DNA of 64,000 nt from Podarcis bocagei. Taxonomy: Eukaryota. The notes beneath the pieces were generated by a model. The model was not told the DNA's origin. It worked only from the letters and a program-made list of their open reading frames with translations, and made no database searches. The first letter of the stretch is position 1, and each line of letters opens with the position of its first letter. Location of the stretch: the NCBI GenBank assembly GCA_964188305.1, contig OZ076887.1; one strand, given 5' to 3'. Made by a program: the position numbers and the translations under genes. Shown here one piece after another: positions 24,701 to 39,700 of the stretch.

Positions 24701-27700
24701 AAGCAAGAAAGGAGAAAAAGTAAGAGACATGGAAAGAGCCTAGATTTTTAAAAATGCATTTTAACTGAAATAGCACAACAGAGATGTAATAGGAAAAATA
24801 CTTTCAAGTAACTTAAAAGAAGTAGCATTAAAAAAACAGTCTTGACCTGTTTCTAGTTGCTGGCATGGCAAGACCCACAGTTCTGTCCAAGTCATAGCTG
24901 CCTTTCAATGTTTCATACACTATCCTATATAGAAGGCTCATTTATAACAGGAACTATATGGCACAATATTACTTACACCAAAAACATTAAATGATTATAA
25001 CTAAGGTATAAACCACATTAAGTAACTAATTTGAAGATCTTGGAAAATGGACTTTGGTAACATTTCTGAAAAGATAAAAAGATTGTGGTGTAGTGTTGAG
25101 GCAGATGTGGAGGAGCAACTGCTATAAGGAAGAAAAGAATAGGTTGCCTGAAGCTTAGGTTCTTAAAATTACATACTTACATTTATATTAAGTATGTAAA
25201 TTCTAAGTCTAATATATAACATGGGGATACAGAATTTGCATACAGGATTGCATGCTTGGGCAAGTGCGTTGTATTGCCCTTTAAGTCCACTCACATCATG
25301 TGAAGAAAACAAACCAAATTATTGAGCGCACATTAAGAGTCTGCTGAAAGACCAGCAACTTCTAGCTCTTCTTTCCCAAATCTTTCAATTCCAGCTGGTC
25401 ATTACAAGAAGCTCAAGTGCATGAGCTTGTTTCCTCGCCCCCCTTCAAACCCCTTTTGCTTCTGTGTGTCTCTCTTTTGATCTAAAGCCCAAGGGCAAGG
25501 ACTACCTTTTTGATGATTTTTGTAAGTCACACCAGAGTCGGTTTTTTTTTCTGCATGAAGAGCAGAATAAAAATACTTTAAAGAAATAAAAGAAAGCACC
25601 ACTAAATCATCTCTCTCTAATATACTTATTTTCCACCAAGTAATAGCGTTTCTTAAAATTTAAAACTGGATACACCCTCAATAATGATAACCAGTCCCAA
25701 TTCCATCTTCCCATTTAAACTACTAAAGCTGTTAAAATGTTGCTTTATATTTCACAGCATACATGTCATTCCATAACAAGAATGTTATATATCCCTTTAT
25801 TGTTGATTATATTCTTGTGTAACTTCTTAGGTCAGTTTTTACAAATATTGGTTGCTCACAGTCCAATTGAACATAACAATTTCTTGTAATTCTTTAAAAT
25901 ACTTAGCCCTAGTTTAGGTACCCTTGATAAACTATAATATTTTACTATTAAGAATTTAGCTATCCTACTCTATTCTGAAACAATGAAACCATAAGCACAG
26001 CAAAGAAGAGACCCAACAACAAGCCAACTCTGGATTATTTAAATCTTGCAATTTTAAGGGCCTCAGGATTTTGGCATTTGCAATTAACAGGCATTACTTA
26101 ACTGTGACTACGTGTCACACAAAACCAACACCTTACTAGTGAAGTTTGGGTTGAGTATAAGTAATCCATTGTTCGATTTGGCCTGCAATGAGATGTAGGC
26201 AGTAAAACTGCATCTTGCTCCTCCCCATAATGAACTCTCTCATCCCATTTTAAAGCACATGATACTATCCAGAGTGCAATGAACTTTAGCTCAATACAAA
26301 TAAGGCAACTGCTTTAAAATTGTATACACCTGTCTCTCATGCCAATCTCAAATAATGGATGAATTGGCTCCTTATTTGTCACTGAACATGAAAGCCCAGA
26401 TGGCACTGTTTCCTCTTGTAGTCACGCATTACTCTGGTTAATTTGGTCCCTCCTGCTCAACACTGCTCATGATTAAAAAGAGACTAGAACTACAAAAAAG
26501 CAAAACAAAGAATATAGAAAAAGGAATACACACAGCAGAAAAACTTACTCCTTAATTATCATCAACAAGGTAGAATATTCTGTGAGAAAATTCACAATCA
26601 ACTTTTCAAACACTTAAAATCATGACTACCAAGCATATGTGCAAGCTAATGGTAGAACACAATAGGAAACACCGCAGGTGTGACTAAATGTTTATTGCGC
26701 ATATTTTTATTATTTTAAGCCAAAAAAGATAAATATATCCCTATCTAGGATAGGATTTTATATATTTCCTCCTTACAAGCTACATTTCCAGCAGGAACTT
26801 CTTCAAAATGCACTTCCATAATATTTCACATAAAACAACTAAACCCTAATAATTTGAATGCAGTTATTATAATTATGACATTAAAAAAAAATGAGGAAAA
26901 GTATGGTAGAAACTCACAAATGTGCCTCTAGGTCTTCCAACTCCTGTAAAACCTGGGTATTCTTTCTGCTCGTGATGGGGTTTAAATTCTTCATCTCTTT
27001 CTTTCTTGCTGTCCTTTTCTTCTCGGGAACTGGATGAGGAGGAAGATGGGGAGGAAGTTGAGGAAGATCGAGAACGGTCTTGCTCTCTTTTTTGTTTACT
27101 GAAAAATAAGAAACCATACTGTTTGCTGTAGCATCCTATACATAGGATTTATTTTCTGTGCCCATAGAAGCTATCCTCTTTTCTTGTTTGAATCTAACGT
27201 GCAGTATTATTACACTATCCAGTTTCCATCTATAACTCTTTAACAGCTACTGGCTCATTAGCACCTAACAAGGAGAACCTATTAGCCAGCAAACTAATTT
27301 AAATATATATGCATGCTTTACAATGGAAGAGAGAATAAAAGGTAGGGGGAAATCCCCAAGGGTAAAATTCTAAAGTGATACTATTTCATTTATTTTGTAC
27401 ATCTTACCAAGAAGCAAAAATTGATATTGCCTTTTTGCTATATAAACCCAGGGTGCAGAAATAATCAGCAACTGATGGTTGTATGGACATCAGTGTAAGA
27501 AAGTAAACAGAAAGTGCAAGTAAATCCATGATTATGTAAGTAAGAGCAGGAAAATATGATCTTCACATTCAATTTCCCCAAAGCAAATACATTTGGCATT
27601 GATTTTATAGTTTTTATAGAATATAATACAAATCCCCAAAGGTAGATATACCTGAAGTAATTCTTATCACTGCTACAAGTTCACATTGAGTAAGTTGCTT

Positions 27701-30700
27701 TATTAAAGACTAACCTGTTTCTCTGAGCCCACTATCTGTCTTGAGGGGGGGAAATAACTCTCACCCCCCCTTTCCCACATTAAGCCTACATGTCAGTAAA
27801 NNNNNNNNNNNNNNNNNNNNNNNNNNNNNNNNNNNNNNNNNNNNNNNNNNNNNNNNNNNNNNNNNNNNNNNNNNNNNNNNNNNNNNNNNNNNNNNNNNNN
27901 NNNNNNNNNNNNNNNNNNNNNNNNNNNNNNNNNNNNNNNNNNNNNNNNNNNNNNNNNNNNNNNNNNNNNNNNNNNNNNNNNNNNNNNNNNNNNNNNNNNN
28001 NNNNNNNNNNNNNNNNNNNNNNNNNNNNNNNNNNNNNNNNNNNNNNNNNNNNNNNNNNNNNNNNNNNNNNNNNNGTACAGTGATAACTGAAAGCAATTAA
28101 GCTTATAATTACAAAAGTCTAATTAGAAACTAAAAGCCTGATTATGGGAGCTAAGCCTTTTACCTGTCATCTTTGTAAGATTTATAATCCTTGTAATCCT
28201 TTGGAATTTTCTCCTGCTTCCTTGATCCACTGGATTCCCTGGAACCTTTAGAGTCTCCTCGTTCTTTACTTCTTTCTTTTCTACGACGGTCGATGTCATG
28301 TCGAAGATCTGCCGCATCACACTTTAATTTTTTATCTCCCTGGATCAGAAATGTGCAGTGTTTTAGTATTAAAAACCCTTAAGAGAATGAAATAGGAAAT
28401 CAACCTCTTTGCATGCAATCCTATACACACTTTCCTGTAAGTAAATCATAATGAACCTAGTGGGAATGCATCTAAATAAACAGGCATAGGATTCCATTGT
28501 TACCCAGCTATGTAAGCGATATTCCCTTTCCCAATAGTTCTTTTGCACATTTAGTAGAATGATCTTTCACAGAAGAGAGTAAACTTGCTTGAATTGGGAC
28601 TGAAAAGTTACTCTTACAAAAAGAAAGCAGACCTGAAAGAAGCTTTGAAGTATTATCCAGGAACAAAACTTCAATATAACAGCATCTTTAACAATTACTA
28701 GGACAGTCTAAAGAAAAGCTTATTTTACATCCTTTGTGGATAACATTGGTAATTAATGGATTGAAGCCAGAGATAGGATACCACTCGTGAAACAGGGCTT
28801 TCTGGATATCACACCCCCACCCACCCCCACTTAAAAGGGAAAAAAAACTGCTCCTGAGAGTGAAAGACTTTAGTGCGACTGGCAAATTCGAGAATTAAGC
28901 AAATTCAGAGAATCCATTGTCTATTTTTCTAAGAACAAAAAGTACAGTAATCCTTTTGTGTCAAAGTGATAAAATGTCACAATTAGATTACACAAAACTG
29001 GTCCACTGCATCCTTCGAAAATGACCAGAACTAGGTCAGACCTATTATCACTTAAGACATAAAATGATAAAAGCAGAATTTGTAAAACATGCCTCTGGGA
29101 TAAAGGGCTTGGATGCTTTAAACCAAAACTAAAATTAAGAATATCAATTTAGAACCTACTTTCTGAGTTTCTTCTTTAAAGGCTCTCTCTTCTCCCGCTA
29201 AACGGGTATGCTTCCTCAGGGCACTTGGAGAGATGTCAATCCTCCTAAATGCAAGATTTTTAAAAGTAATAATTATGGCTGCCAACATTCATCTCTGTCA
29301 AGTGGAAAACTGGAAACACAAAAGAAGAAGTGCCATTGTGCAGTCTAAAATTGAACCCATTTAAAAAGTACAGATACATCTCAAGAATAAAACCCATAGG
29401 CCTACCAGTCAAATCAAAATAGCAACAGCTACACATTTCCACGAAGTTAAACCAACAGCAGTATTCAAAAACCACATAATGCAATTTCAGGGGCAATTTC
29501 AAACTAGAAAATTCAAATGCCTTTTTACATTAACAATACACAGACATAGCAACTCCACACAGAGAAAAACAAAACCTGTAGTTCATTTGACAGGTATCAT
29601 CATTCACTTAAACACACATAGCTAGAGTTAGGGAGTAATGTTTTATATCCTATTTAACTTTTTGCAAACTTAGGCCTTGAGTCAAAGAGCTATATATCAG
29701 AGAAAGCCCCAGTGAGAATTCCAATTCCCTTGAGCAATTGCACTGTATGTACTTTTGTAACTACATACAGTTTGTGATACAGTACAGAGGATAGCTATGG
29801 GAAAAGCACATATAGTTCCCTTTGCTCTTTGTATCCTGGCCATAAAGTTTCGTATCCCCTCCCCGACAGGCCCAGCCCATCCATTAGCTATACTGAGACC
29901 TTCTCTTCAGATGGAAGACTGAGAAGAGCATATTCACACACTGTCCCTCAGTCTGGTCATCCTTCTATTTAGCACTCAAGGAGTTCCTACAAGGCTTTTA
30001 ACTGGAACTGGGTCACCCAGCCTTGTTCTAAGGAAGAGTAAGCAGTTTAAAGTTTAAAAGTAGTACACTGTTAAATTTAAAAGGTATTTTCTGGCTGCCA
30101 TGGTGTCAAAGCAGAGACAAAGACACCCTTCAGAGCCACCTGGCCCACAATGCCTCTGTCTGCAATGATCCTATGTTCTCTAGAATTCTTCATTAGAGTG
30201 AAGCACTGCCAAGTAGGAAGCACTGGAGAGAGCTCATCCATACTGCTGCCACTGATGCAGCAAAAAAGACCAAAAGGAGTAGGCAGTAGATCAGTGCATG
30301 GGAATGGTACACTGGGAAGCAGTGCTGGCTGTGCCCTCGGGTACCAGGAAATTTTGTGCTGGTCCTGCCAATATACACAATTACCATTTAAACTGAATGA
30401 AGCACTTATTGATTTACTTACAAATATTTCTATACTGCCCATCAACAAAAAATTCCCTGGGCAGTTTACATATAGAAGTTAAGCTATGAAATGTAAAAAT
30501 AGAAGAAAGACATAAAATATTAATCAATTAAAACAGCATCAGAAAACAATAATAGTGCACAGAACTTAAAAATACACTAAATCTAAACGACGTTTGAAAA
30601 TAAAAAAGTATTCATTTGGCACCAAAAAGACCACAACCTTTTTGGAGATAACATTCTACAACTGGGGCCTCACCACTAAAAAGGCCCTCTACCCAGTGGC

Positions 30701-33700
30701 CACCCACTTCACCTCATTGGATGGGAGCACCTACAGACAGACCCCTGAATATGATCTTGGGGTCCAAGTACATCTACACGGGAGGAGACTATCTTCAGTC
30801 AATACCAACACTGAGCCCAGAAATTGACTAGGAGTTAGTGCAGTTAACAAAGCATTGGTGTTCTTTTTGTCCTATTTTAAACCAGCTGGATTTTTTGGAC
30901 TGTTTTCTAAGGCAACTCCATATATATCTCTTTGTGGTATTCCTATTGCTTGCCTTTCTGAACTGCACTGTAAATAGGCCTTTATACATCTGGAAAGGTT
31001 CAGCTAATTAACACTGAGAATACAGTGGTGAACATATTTTTTTAATTTAGCAGGAACACTCCCACAGAATAATCTCAATCTAGTGATCAGGTCTCAGCAC
31101 AAGTCTTCATTTCTCTGCACTTAAGCTGTCCTGTCTCCCTCACCATAACCATAATCATATCCCGCTTCTTCCCCAGAAACAGGTATCAGTATAGCTATAT
31201 ACCAAATGCTGCCCAGGTTCTGCTAAGGAGAAGGACACCTGGGCACTATGATGTCAACTGCCAAGTCATCTCCATATTCTACAGAGCAACTAAGGCTTCA
31301 ACAGCAGTGCCAAACATACCAGAAGTCCTACAGAGCCCCATTTCAATAGGTCTCCATCCATTCACAGGGGGGAAATCTAAACCTCAAGAGGAAGTAACCA
31401 TGACAAGGGATTCATATTAAATTCCCCACTTTCAGATCTCCAACCTCCTGCCTTTTTGAAAGAAAGAAAAACCCAGTCAGGAGTGTGTCCTATTGCAGAA
31501 ACATTTTCAATTCATGAAACATTTTCAATTATTACCAGACTTTAACAATTAAGTATGTATCACAACTGATCTGGCAATTTCCCCCAATAATTTCTTCTCC
31601 ATTCCTGCTCCATATTTATTTTAGATAAGGAACTTATTGGTTCACTAAGAAGTTATTTATCTTTTGGAGAGTAACTAGTATTTCAGCTAGGCAAGAAGCA
31701 GAGAAAACTATGTAATACTGCACCTGTGTATTTCAGGACTCTTTTGCCGGGTGCTATGTTCTTCAGTAGACTTCTGATAAGCAGTGAACCTCTCACTTAG
31801 GGTCATTCCAGCTGACTTGAAATATTGTTCTGTTGGTTGCAGAGGACAAATACTGTCTAATTTCACTACACACACACACACATATATATATCATACCAAA
31901 CAAGGATGTAAAAGAAGCAAATGAATTCTTAAAATATACAAGACACAAAAATAACATTTGTTCCCACATCTTTCTTAAAGTACAGCAACAGGTAACCATT
32001 GTATTTTACAATTTTCTCTACACATACACACTGCCCAGTACCACTACTAATTCAAAAAATGTAACTTTTTAATGTCGGAGACAGTTCTTTTTACCAAACA
32101 TTTTTGCTTTGTGCCCAGAAGAGCAGAATACATTGCTGTATTTGTAGAGGAAAATATTACAAATTTAAAGAGAGCTTCTTTGGTTATTTAATTAATTGAT
32201 ACATATAGAGCTAAGTGTTCTTCATTAATGATGTAACCCTACACACGTTTATATTAGAGTAAGCCCTCTTAAATTCACTCGGACTTATTTCTAAGTAAAC
32301 ATATATAAGATAAAGATATGGGAGGTTTTTTTCTTAAAAGAAACACAACTTCTTCTTTTCAGACCAGAATGAAGACCTTAACAGCTGAATATATTTAAAC
32401 ATCTGGCATCTTGGCAAACTTGGTAGCATATTTTAAAGTTTCCTTTTTTTACCCAAGACCATTAAATTAGTAACACACATTACATTTTGAAAGACCAGTT
32501 CAACAGATGTTTGAATGTAAATGTAAAATAGAAACACGTGTAAAATTATAACGGACTGTTAAATGCTACAAATAAAGCAAGCTATCCGCTTAACAGGTCA
32601 ATGTACATCTGTATCAACTTACCGCCCAACATCCAGCACATCTCTCATAACCAATCATTAAAACTTGATATGGCCACTACAAGGGTAGTGCCTCAATCAT
32701 AATTCCATCAAACACAGGAATTTGAGCTAGCAACTCAGTTTTTGTGCCATTTTTGCCAGGAAGATAGAAGGTTCAACTTTGCCTGTTTGTGCATCTGTTA
32801 TCTTTCAACAGCTATTTTACTTTTGTAATATGGATTTTGCCATTTCAAAACACATTCCAGGACCTAGTTGCAATGAAAAAGAAAATATCACTGGGCATTT
32901 TCAGCTCTAGGAAAGTGAAGAGCTGTTTAGTCTAGCTGCATTGCACCAATAATGTAAAATTACTACTACGCTTTTACCAAAACTCGATCCACAGGTTTTG
33001 TTTTGTTTTTTCAAGTGTGTAAAAAGATTTAAATACCTTTGGAAACAAATTATGATTTAGACACAGCACTAATTTGGTCACAGATTAGTGATATCTGGTC
33101 AAATTGTGTATTTTATATATTCACTAGAACCATTCAATTTAAATGATCTCTTTAGCTAGCATAATATCAGGGATTTCATAATTTGGTAAAACATTTTCTG
33201 GGTAGGGAAGCTTATTAAGATTTATTTTGCAGTCTCAAATTGGCATGAATAAAATCTCAAATTGGCATGAATAAAAAATGTTTAGAAGATCAGCTGACAA
33301 CCACAGTCGATGTACAAATATAACACAAGACATACAGAAATGTAACTTTCTATCTAGGCCAAGATAAATACTTCATTCTAAGGGTGACATCCAATGATGT
33401 ACACCCACTTGTATAAAGAAAATCTGCTTATGCAATATGACTACTGGTTTCTCTTCTCCACCCTCCAGCTCCTTGCAGCTCCAAAATCTGCTCAAGGGTC
33501 CCCCAACTCGCCAGGGCAGATTTGGAGGCATGCAAGGGAGAGAAGGAGAAGAAGCTGGCTTGTTACGGGAACAAATGCTGGCTCTTGCCATGTTGGATCT
33601 CATCCTATAGTAGGCAAAAAAATCAATTGTTTGCTCCTCCCTTGATGAACAATTAGCAACATCTAAGTTAGTACAGTGAGAGAAATAAAAGCATAAGAAA

Positions 33701-36700
33701 ATGATTTTTTTAGTAACTTTATTATAATATTGTGCCCCATGTTGCATAACTGTTAGAGATCTGGTCAATCAGTCCATATACTATGTTATTTTCAATATTT
33801 TCACCAGCAAATTCACATCTTTGAAATTCTTCATGATTCATTCCTATTATAACAAAACTAGCTGTTCCTCAAGAAAAAGCAACATAAAGCAGGAAATTTA
33901 GGGTGGTATTTAACTACATTCTTGAAATAGCAAAATGAAACCCCCCTCTTCTCCCCCATCATCCCCAAATCTGCTCTGGAGGGCTGGGGGAACTCCAGAA
34001 CAGATTTCATGGGTCCACAGGGGAAGAACATACCATTGCACAAGAAGAAATCCTTACACCAACATAATGTTCACATTAGTGCTACATTGAACACAACCCA
34101 AAATCTGTGCTTAATCATGCAGTCGCATGCAGTTGATATTTGCTGAGCTTGAGTGATGGTGCCTTCCAATGAATAGATTTGGCAGACCCACTACTCAAAC
34201 TAACGTATATGCATGTGGAAATGCTAGGAAAACAGCTATACATATCAGTAACATTATATAAGAGAATTAACTGTAGTTAAGCAATAAAGCACATATTTTG
34301 CAAGCTCAAGGTCCCATATTGAATCCCAGGCCTCTCAAGTTAAAAAGAGGAGTAGGTAACACGAAAGACCTCTGATTGAGCTCCTGTCAGTTAAACAAAA
34401 CCATACTGGGCTAAATAGACAAAAAGTCTGACCAAAATTAAGGCAGCTACCTATGCTCTCTTCCCAGATGCCTACTTCACCAGGGGGGGAACCCCAATGA
34501 CTAACAACAGAAAACAAACCAACGTATCACATCTCTAGACTTATAATATACTTAAATCATCCAGCTAGTGTTTTGCAGACACAGGCACATGCCTCTGGCT
34601 GCAATTGAAAATCTTCCCCTTCTAATACCAGCTTGATTCAAATATATGACTGAGCAATGTCATACGTGGATGCCTTTGTTTTGTTTTGCTGGATTCGGAG
34701 GTAAGTCTTGTGACTTGCCTACACCAAATAGCAGCTTTCTAGCTAGCAAGTAAGAGCTATCACCGTTTTGAAGAGAAACTTAGAAATCTATTAGTAACCA
34801 GGGTGTCTTTAAATATATATTTCTAGAAGAATATCATTTGAATCAGTCAGGCAATCCCAATCAGCTTTAAATATAACTAATTTAAATGCAACTCATTTAA
34901 TTACAAAATAAGAAAAGTGCTAACACACTAAAATCTAACTAAGATTGGCTTCAGTGCACTGTTCCTTGTACGTGTAACAGCTAGGCTGCAGTCTGGCCTC
35001 CAATTTGCCATTCCATCTTTCACTTTACAGGTGGTCCAGTGCACTGAAGCTGGGGTTATAATGTCTGTCTGTGCCCCCTGTACTTCCAAGTGACATAAGA
35101 TTGCTCTTACCCATAGTGTATGCACAGAAAGGGTAACATCCAAGACTACAGTTCCAACTGTGTAATATATTTCTTTGTACAATCAAACTTCCCCTTCCTC
35201 TCTTCCCACTTTTAGCTCCCATGCCCCTCAAATCTGCTTGATGGTTCAGAGACCTTTCAGAGAAGATCTGCAGAGGGCAACATGGTGGAGAGGAGAAATG
35301 GGAAGTCCCATTGAGCAAGTGGAAGTCCATTCACATGACAATGGAGGTCACCCAGAGAGTTAATGGGACTATGGAGGGGGCACACTGGGGAATTTTATAT
35401 GGCATTATTCATATTCATCTCAAAATATCAAGTATGCAACTATGGAGAGGAGCATGCATTCCATTTGCCCACTGGGGCTATGCAATGCTGTGTGTCTTTG
35501 GATTCCCAAACAACTAATGATTTTGAAGTTCAGCCCTGTACAGGTACCTAAGGACAACTAACTTCACACTCCCATGCCAATCTCTGCCCTTTGGGTACCA
35601 TCCAAGGCCTACCCAGATATAAATGGACTGCCCAAGTTCCTTACACTGGAGCAGGAGACCCAACTTCTGGCTGTAAGTTGAAAAACAAACACTTACACCT
35701 ATGCAAGGCTATTTAGTCAGCAATGCACTTAGTTCCACTACATATTGACATTAGGATGACTTAATTTGTCACTACAGAATTCCTACTGGAGTGTGACAGT
35801 AAGGATCAAGGAGACTTAACTAAAAAGAAGTTATGTTGTATTTCTCTGTTATATTAAGTTGACATGTAGTGCAAACCAAAATTATTCAAGACCAGATGAA
35901 ATCTCAGCAAGTTGTAACTGTATCAGATACACATGCACACAATTAAGATGCAAGAGACTGGCCTATGCCAGAGGTACACAACTCAAATCACCCCGAGGGC
36001 CACTTTCTTATTAGGAAACCACTATATTTCCCACAATTTTATGATTTTATGCCAGCACTTTATTTAGTCATCTCTAACTAGGTTGCTCTGTACATCATAG
36101 CACACACTCATCTTTCCACCTGAACCTTCGTTTCTCAGTTAACCCTCTTTTGAGTATTTCCTCCCAACCTACAAGGGTCTCTGCAGCTCAATTTCTGTTA
36201 CCCCCATCTTTTCACTCTGTATCCCTTAACACTATCTGCTCTCTCACCTCTATTATCCCCATCTTTTCCCATTTCTCTGTCCTACACATCTCTTTAATCT
36301 CCATCTCATTTCCTTCTCCTTTTCATCTGAATCCAGGGAAAAGAGGAATAATTTAAGTAACATCTGCCAAAGCTTCTCTAAAACTATGCAACACTCATCA
36401 AAATCTACATATCCATTTCCTAGAATGCTGAATGTTATATAACCATAAGAGGAAAGCATGAAGTCTACTTGAACATAAAAGGGCTGAATTTCCCAATGGA
36501 CTGACTTCACCGTCACTTTCCTAGTGCCATGTGATGCTCACTTTGTATGGCAAATTCAAAGCATACCTTTGACATGATGAACTAAGGACACAATGTGCTG
36601 AATAAATGACTCTGATGTGCTTTTGCTGGCCTGTGGTAGCTTAATGTGGTCAAAGATGGATCGGAATTCTTGCTCCTTCTTGACTGAATGGACAAGTGTA

Positions 36701-39700
36701 CTAGCAAGCAGCCTGTCTTTAGTCAAGGAAGCAGGTCTAAAGTGCATAACACAAAAAGAAGAATAAAAAATTATGAAAAGCAATTCCTTTATGGATAAGT
36801 GAAAACTGTTACAAATTCAGATAAATTACCTGTTTGAATCATCAAGTGGTACAGGTGCCATTTTAAGTTTAACTTCAGGTCGATGAGAATCACTGGCTAT
36901 CATTTTGATCCTAAGTGGGCTCTCCTCCCTGAAAGTAGATTTCTCTCTTGCATCCAAATTCTTGTGCAGGGGAGGACTATAATCAAAGAGTTCTTTGAGC
37001 TTCTCAGACTTTACCTGCTCAGGTGATTGGTTTTCTTTCTTCATCATTCTCTCAGATACTTTCTCATCTTCCTTGTGCTTATCTTTTAGTGCACTAGGCC
37101 TCTCCACTACATAGCTAGTTGTGTCTTTAAGCTTGTAACTTTTATCTTCTCTAAATCCTTCACTTTCTCTGTTTGCCTTTAGAGAGATTTTAGATTTATA
37201 CTTTGAGCTTTCCTCCTCAGCATTCCGGTGAGATGCAGCAAAGCCCTTACCCTGATCTGCCAAAACAGACTTTCTGAACTGTCTATAATCTTCAGTCTCC
37301 TCTGTGTCCTCCCCTTCAGAGTCATTAAATTTTTGTTTTCCAGATTCTTTATCCATATAATATTCCAAAGCTTCTTGGTCCTCCCACTCTCTCTCTCCCT
37401 CTGTCCTCCCTTTTTCTAGCCCTCTCTCCTTCTGACCATCTTTCTCCCTAGCATTACTCCTATCAAGCAGGTATACTCTAGACTCTTCATCTGTGTACCT
37501 GTGGATGGCAAAGAAGAGGAGAATAACTCCCAACTGCTTTCATTTCAGTTTGTAGCATTTATCCTTATGGCATCCCAACTCCACAAAATGAGTACCAAAG
37601 CAAACAAATTTAATTACACAATTATAACGTTTTTTATATATTGGCTGATGAGAGTCTTCAGTGGCTCTTCAGATTTTTTAACTATTTCTTGTGCCTACTT
37701 TATCTTGTAAGAAAACTGCTCTCTTTTACAAATCATTATTTTTCTTAAATACATTTCAGCACAAATACAGTATCTGTATCCCATTTAATTCCAGAAGTTC
37801 AGAGCATATAACACTGTAAAAAAACAGCTTATAAAATGTCTTCTTACACTGCTTACATAGTAGAACACACTCACAATCTGGATACAATAAATTGCAAGGC
37901 ATTTGCCAAAGCAGTTACTGAAGCAATACAATGTGATTTTTAGTCTCTCCTATATATTAAAAGTACATCTAGCCCCCTAGTCTATTTCATTTGTAATCTT
38001 CTACGATATTTGTATGCCATTTATTATATATTACTAAGCAAATAGAAAAATTTTCCTTTATAAAAAATGATATATTTCCGAAGATATATTCAGTAATTTG
38101 AGAAGTGAACAGAATTGTGCTATCTATCCTGCAGAGCTCAGATAAACAGATTTCCAATTGGTTATTTCGTTTTTAAAAGACACAACATTGCATAAATGGT
38201 TACTGCTATGTTCAGTTCTACAGATACATTATAAACAAAGGTGAGAACCTTGTCAGCTAGAAAGTTGCCAATGTCCAGTTTAAATTTAACAAATTATGTT
38301 TCTCTACTGAAGATAGATACAATCTTGCAATTTTGAAAAATCTGGGCCACCACAATGGTATTTCCTTTACCAAGACAAAAGGATCTTTCAGCACTACTGC
38401 TTAACACTGCTAGAGCAACTCTTATTAAAGCTGTAAAAAATATGGGAAAATCACTCTCTTAACAGAACTCTCAATACACATTAATCTGCAGTGTATTTAT
38501 TCTTTAATTGCTTCCAATGAAGACACTGTAACATACTAATGAAAACGTTTATTTACAGCTCTGACTGAGAAACAATGAAAAGTTCATGTATATATTCCTA
38601 AGTCAGAACCTAAGTATAACCAGCATAAAATTAGAGAAAATTCAGGTACTTTTCATTGCACAATATACATGTATAAAGAAGTATGCTTACTGTACTATTT
38701 ATGTTATCTTTATTTTTGTAGTTACGGTTCCTACCTTTTCAGAAATTTTGCACCCTTTGTACTTTCTTGATCCCCAGCTTCAGGATAAAAAGAACGTATC
38801 CGAGATTCCTCACGTGGAGCATTCTGCGATGCAACTGCTTTAGCAGGACTTCTCCTTGAAGGAATGTGATGCAGTGGGCTATTCTGGGAAGGGCTATAGC
38901 GACTAGAGCCATTTCCAAGGGAGCCAGACCCAGACCTCTCAGGGCTATGCTGAATGGAATGCGAGTGCTGAGGTGTGTTTTTTGCTGAGTGGACTGTGCT
39001 GAGTAAGTGGGCATCAGAGCATGAGGAACTCTGACTAGGTGGGGAAGCAATAGAAGGACTATGGGGAGACCTTGGACTGTTATCATATGCTGAAAGGCCA
39101 GGCCAAATATCACCTGAAGCTGCTGCAGATTTACTGAAATCATCTAGTGCCTCAGAAGGATCATGTTCAAATGCACCCTTCTCCTCCTCTTGTGATTTAT
39201 TTTTTAATGGACTGTCTTGTAAAGCAGCTCCCTCCGTTTTCTTTGCTTGCTTTTCTGATGACCCACGTCTTTTAGAAGATACAGGAGACTTGCTATATGG
39301 AGATGAAGACCGAGATGAAGAGGATCTTGGAGACCTGGAAGATCTGTAGGATCGGCGAGATCTGCTCCGAGATCTCTGGGAAGAGACTGACCTTCTCTTT
39401 GGACTTCTAGAACGTGAGCGACCTCGTCTAGGGCTTCGAGAGTGTCTTCTATTCCAAACAGGTCTGTAACCTCCACGGTGGTATCTACCTCCACCTCCTG
39501 GATAATATCCTCTACCTCTTCCTCTATAGCCATAGGGGCGTCTCATTCCTCTATTATTTCTGTAATCTCTGCGGTAATCTCTATTATAAACACGATCTCT
39601 ACTGCGAGATCGTGAGTACGTCCTAGACCGAGACCTAGAACTAAGATAAATAGAAATGTTAGTGCCCATAGTTTATGACTCTTCTAAAATAAGAGTTACC

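Noticed and set aside
27741-28100. ORFs spanning the N run
   Set aside because: Artefacts of the assembly gap.
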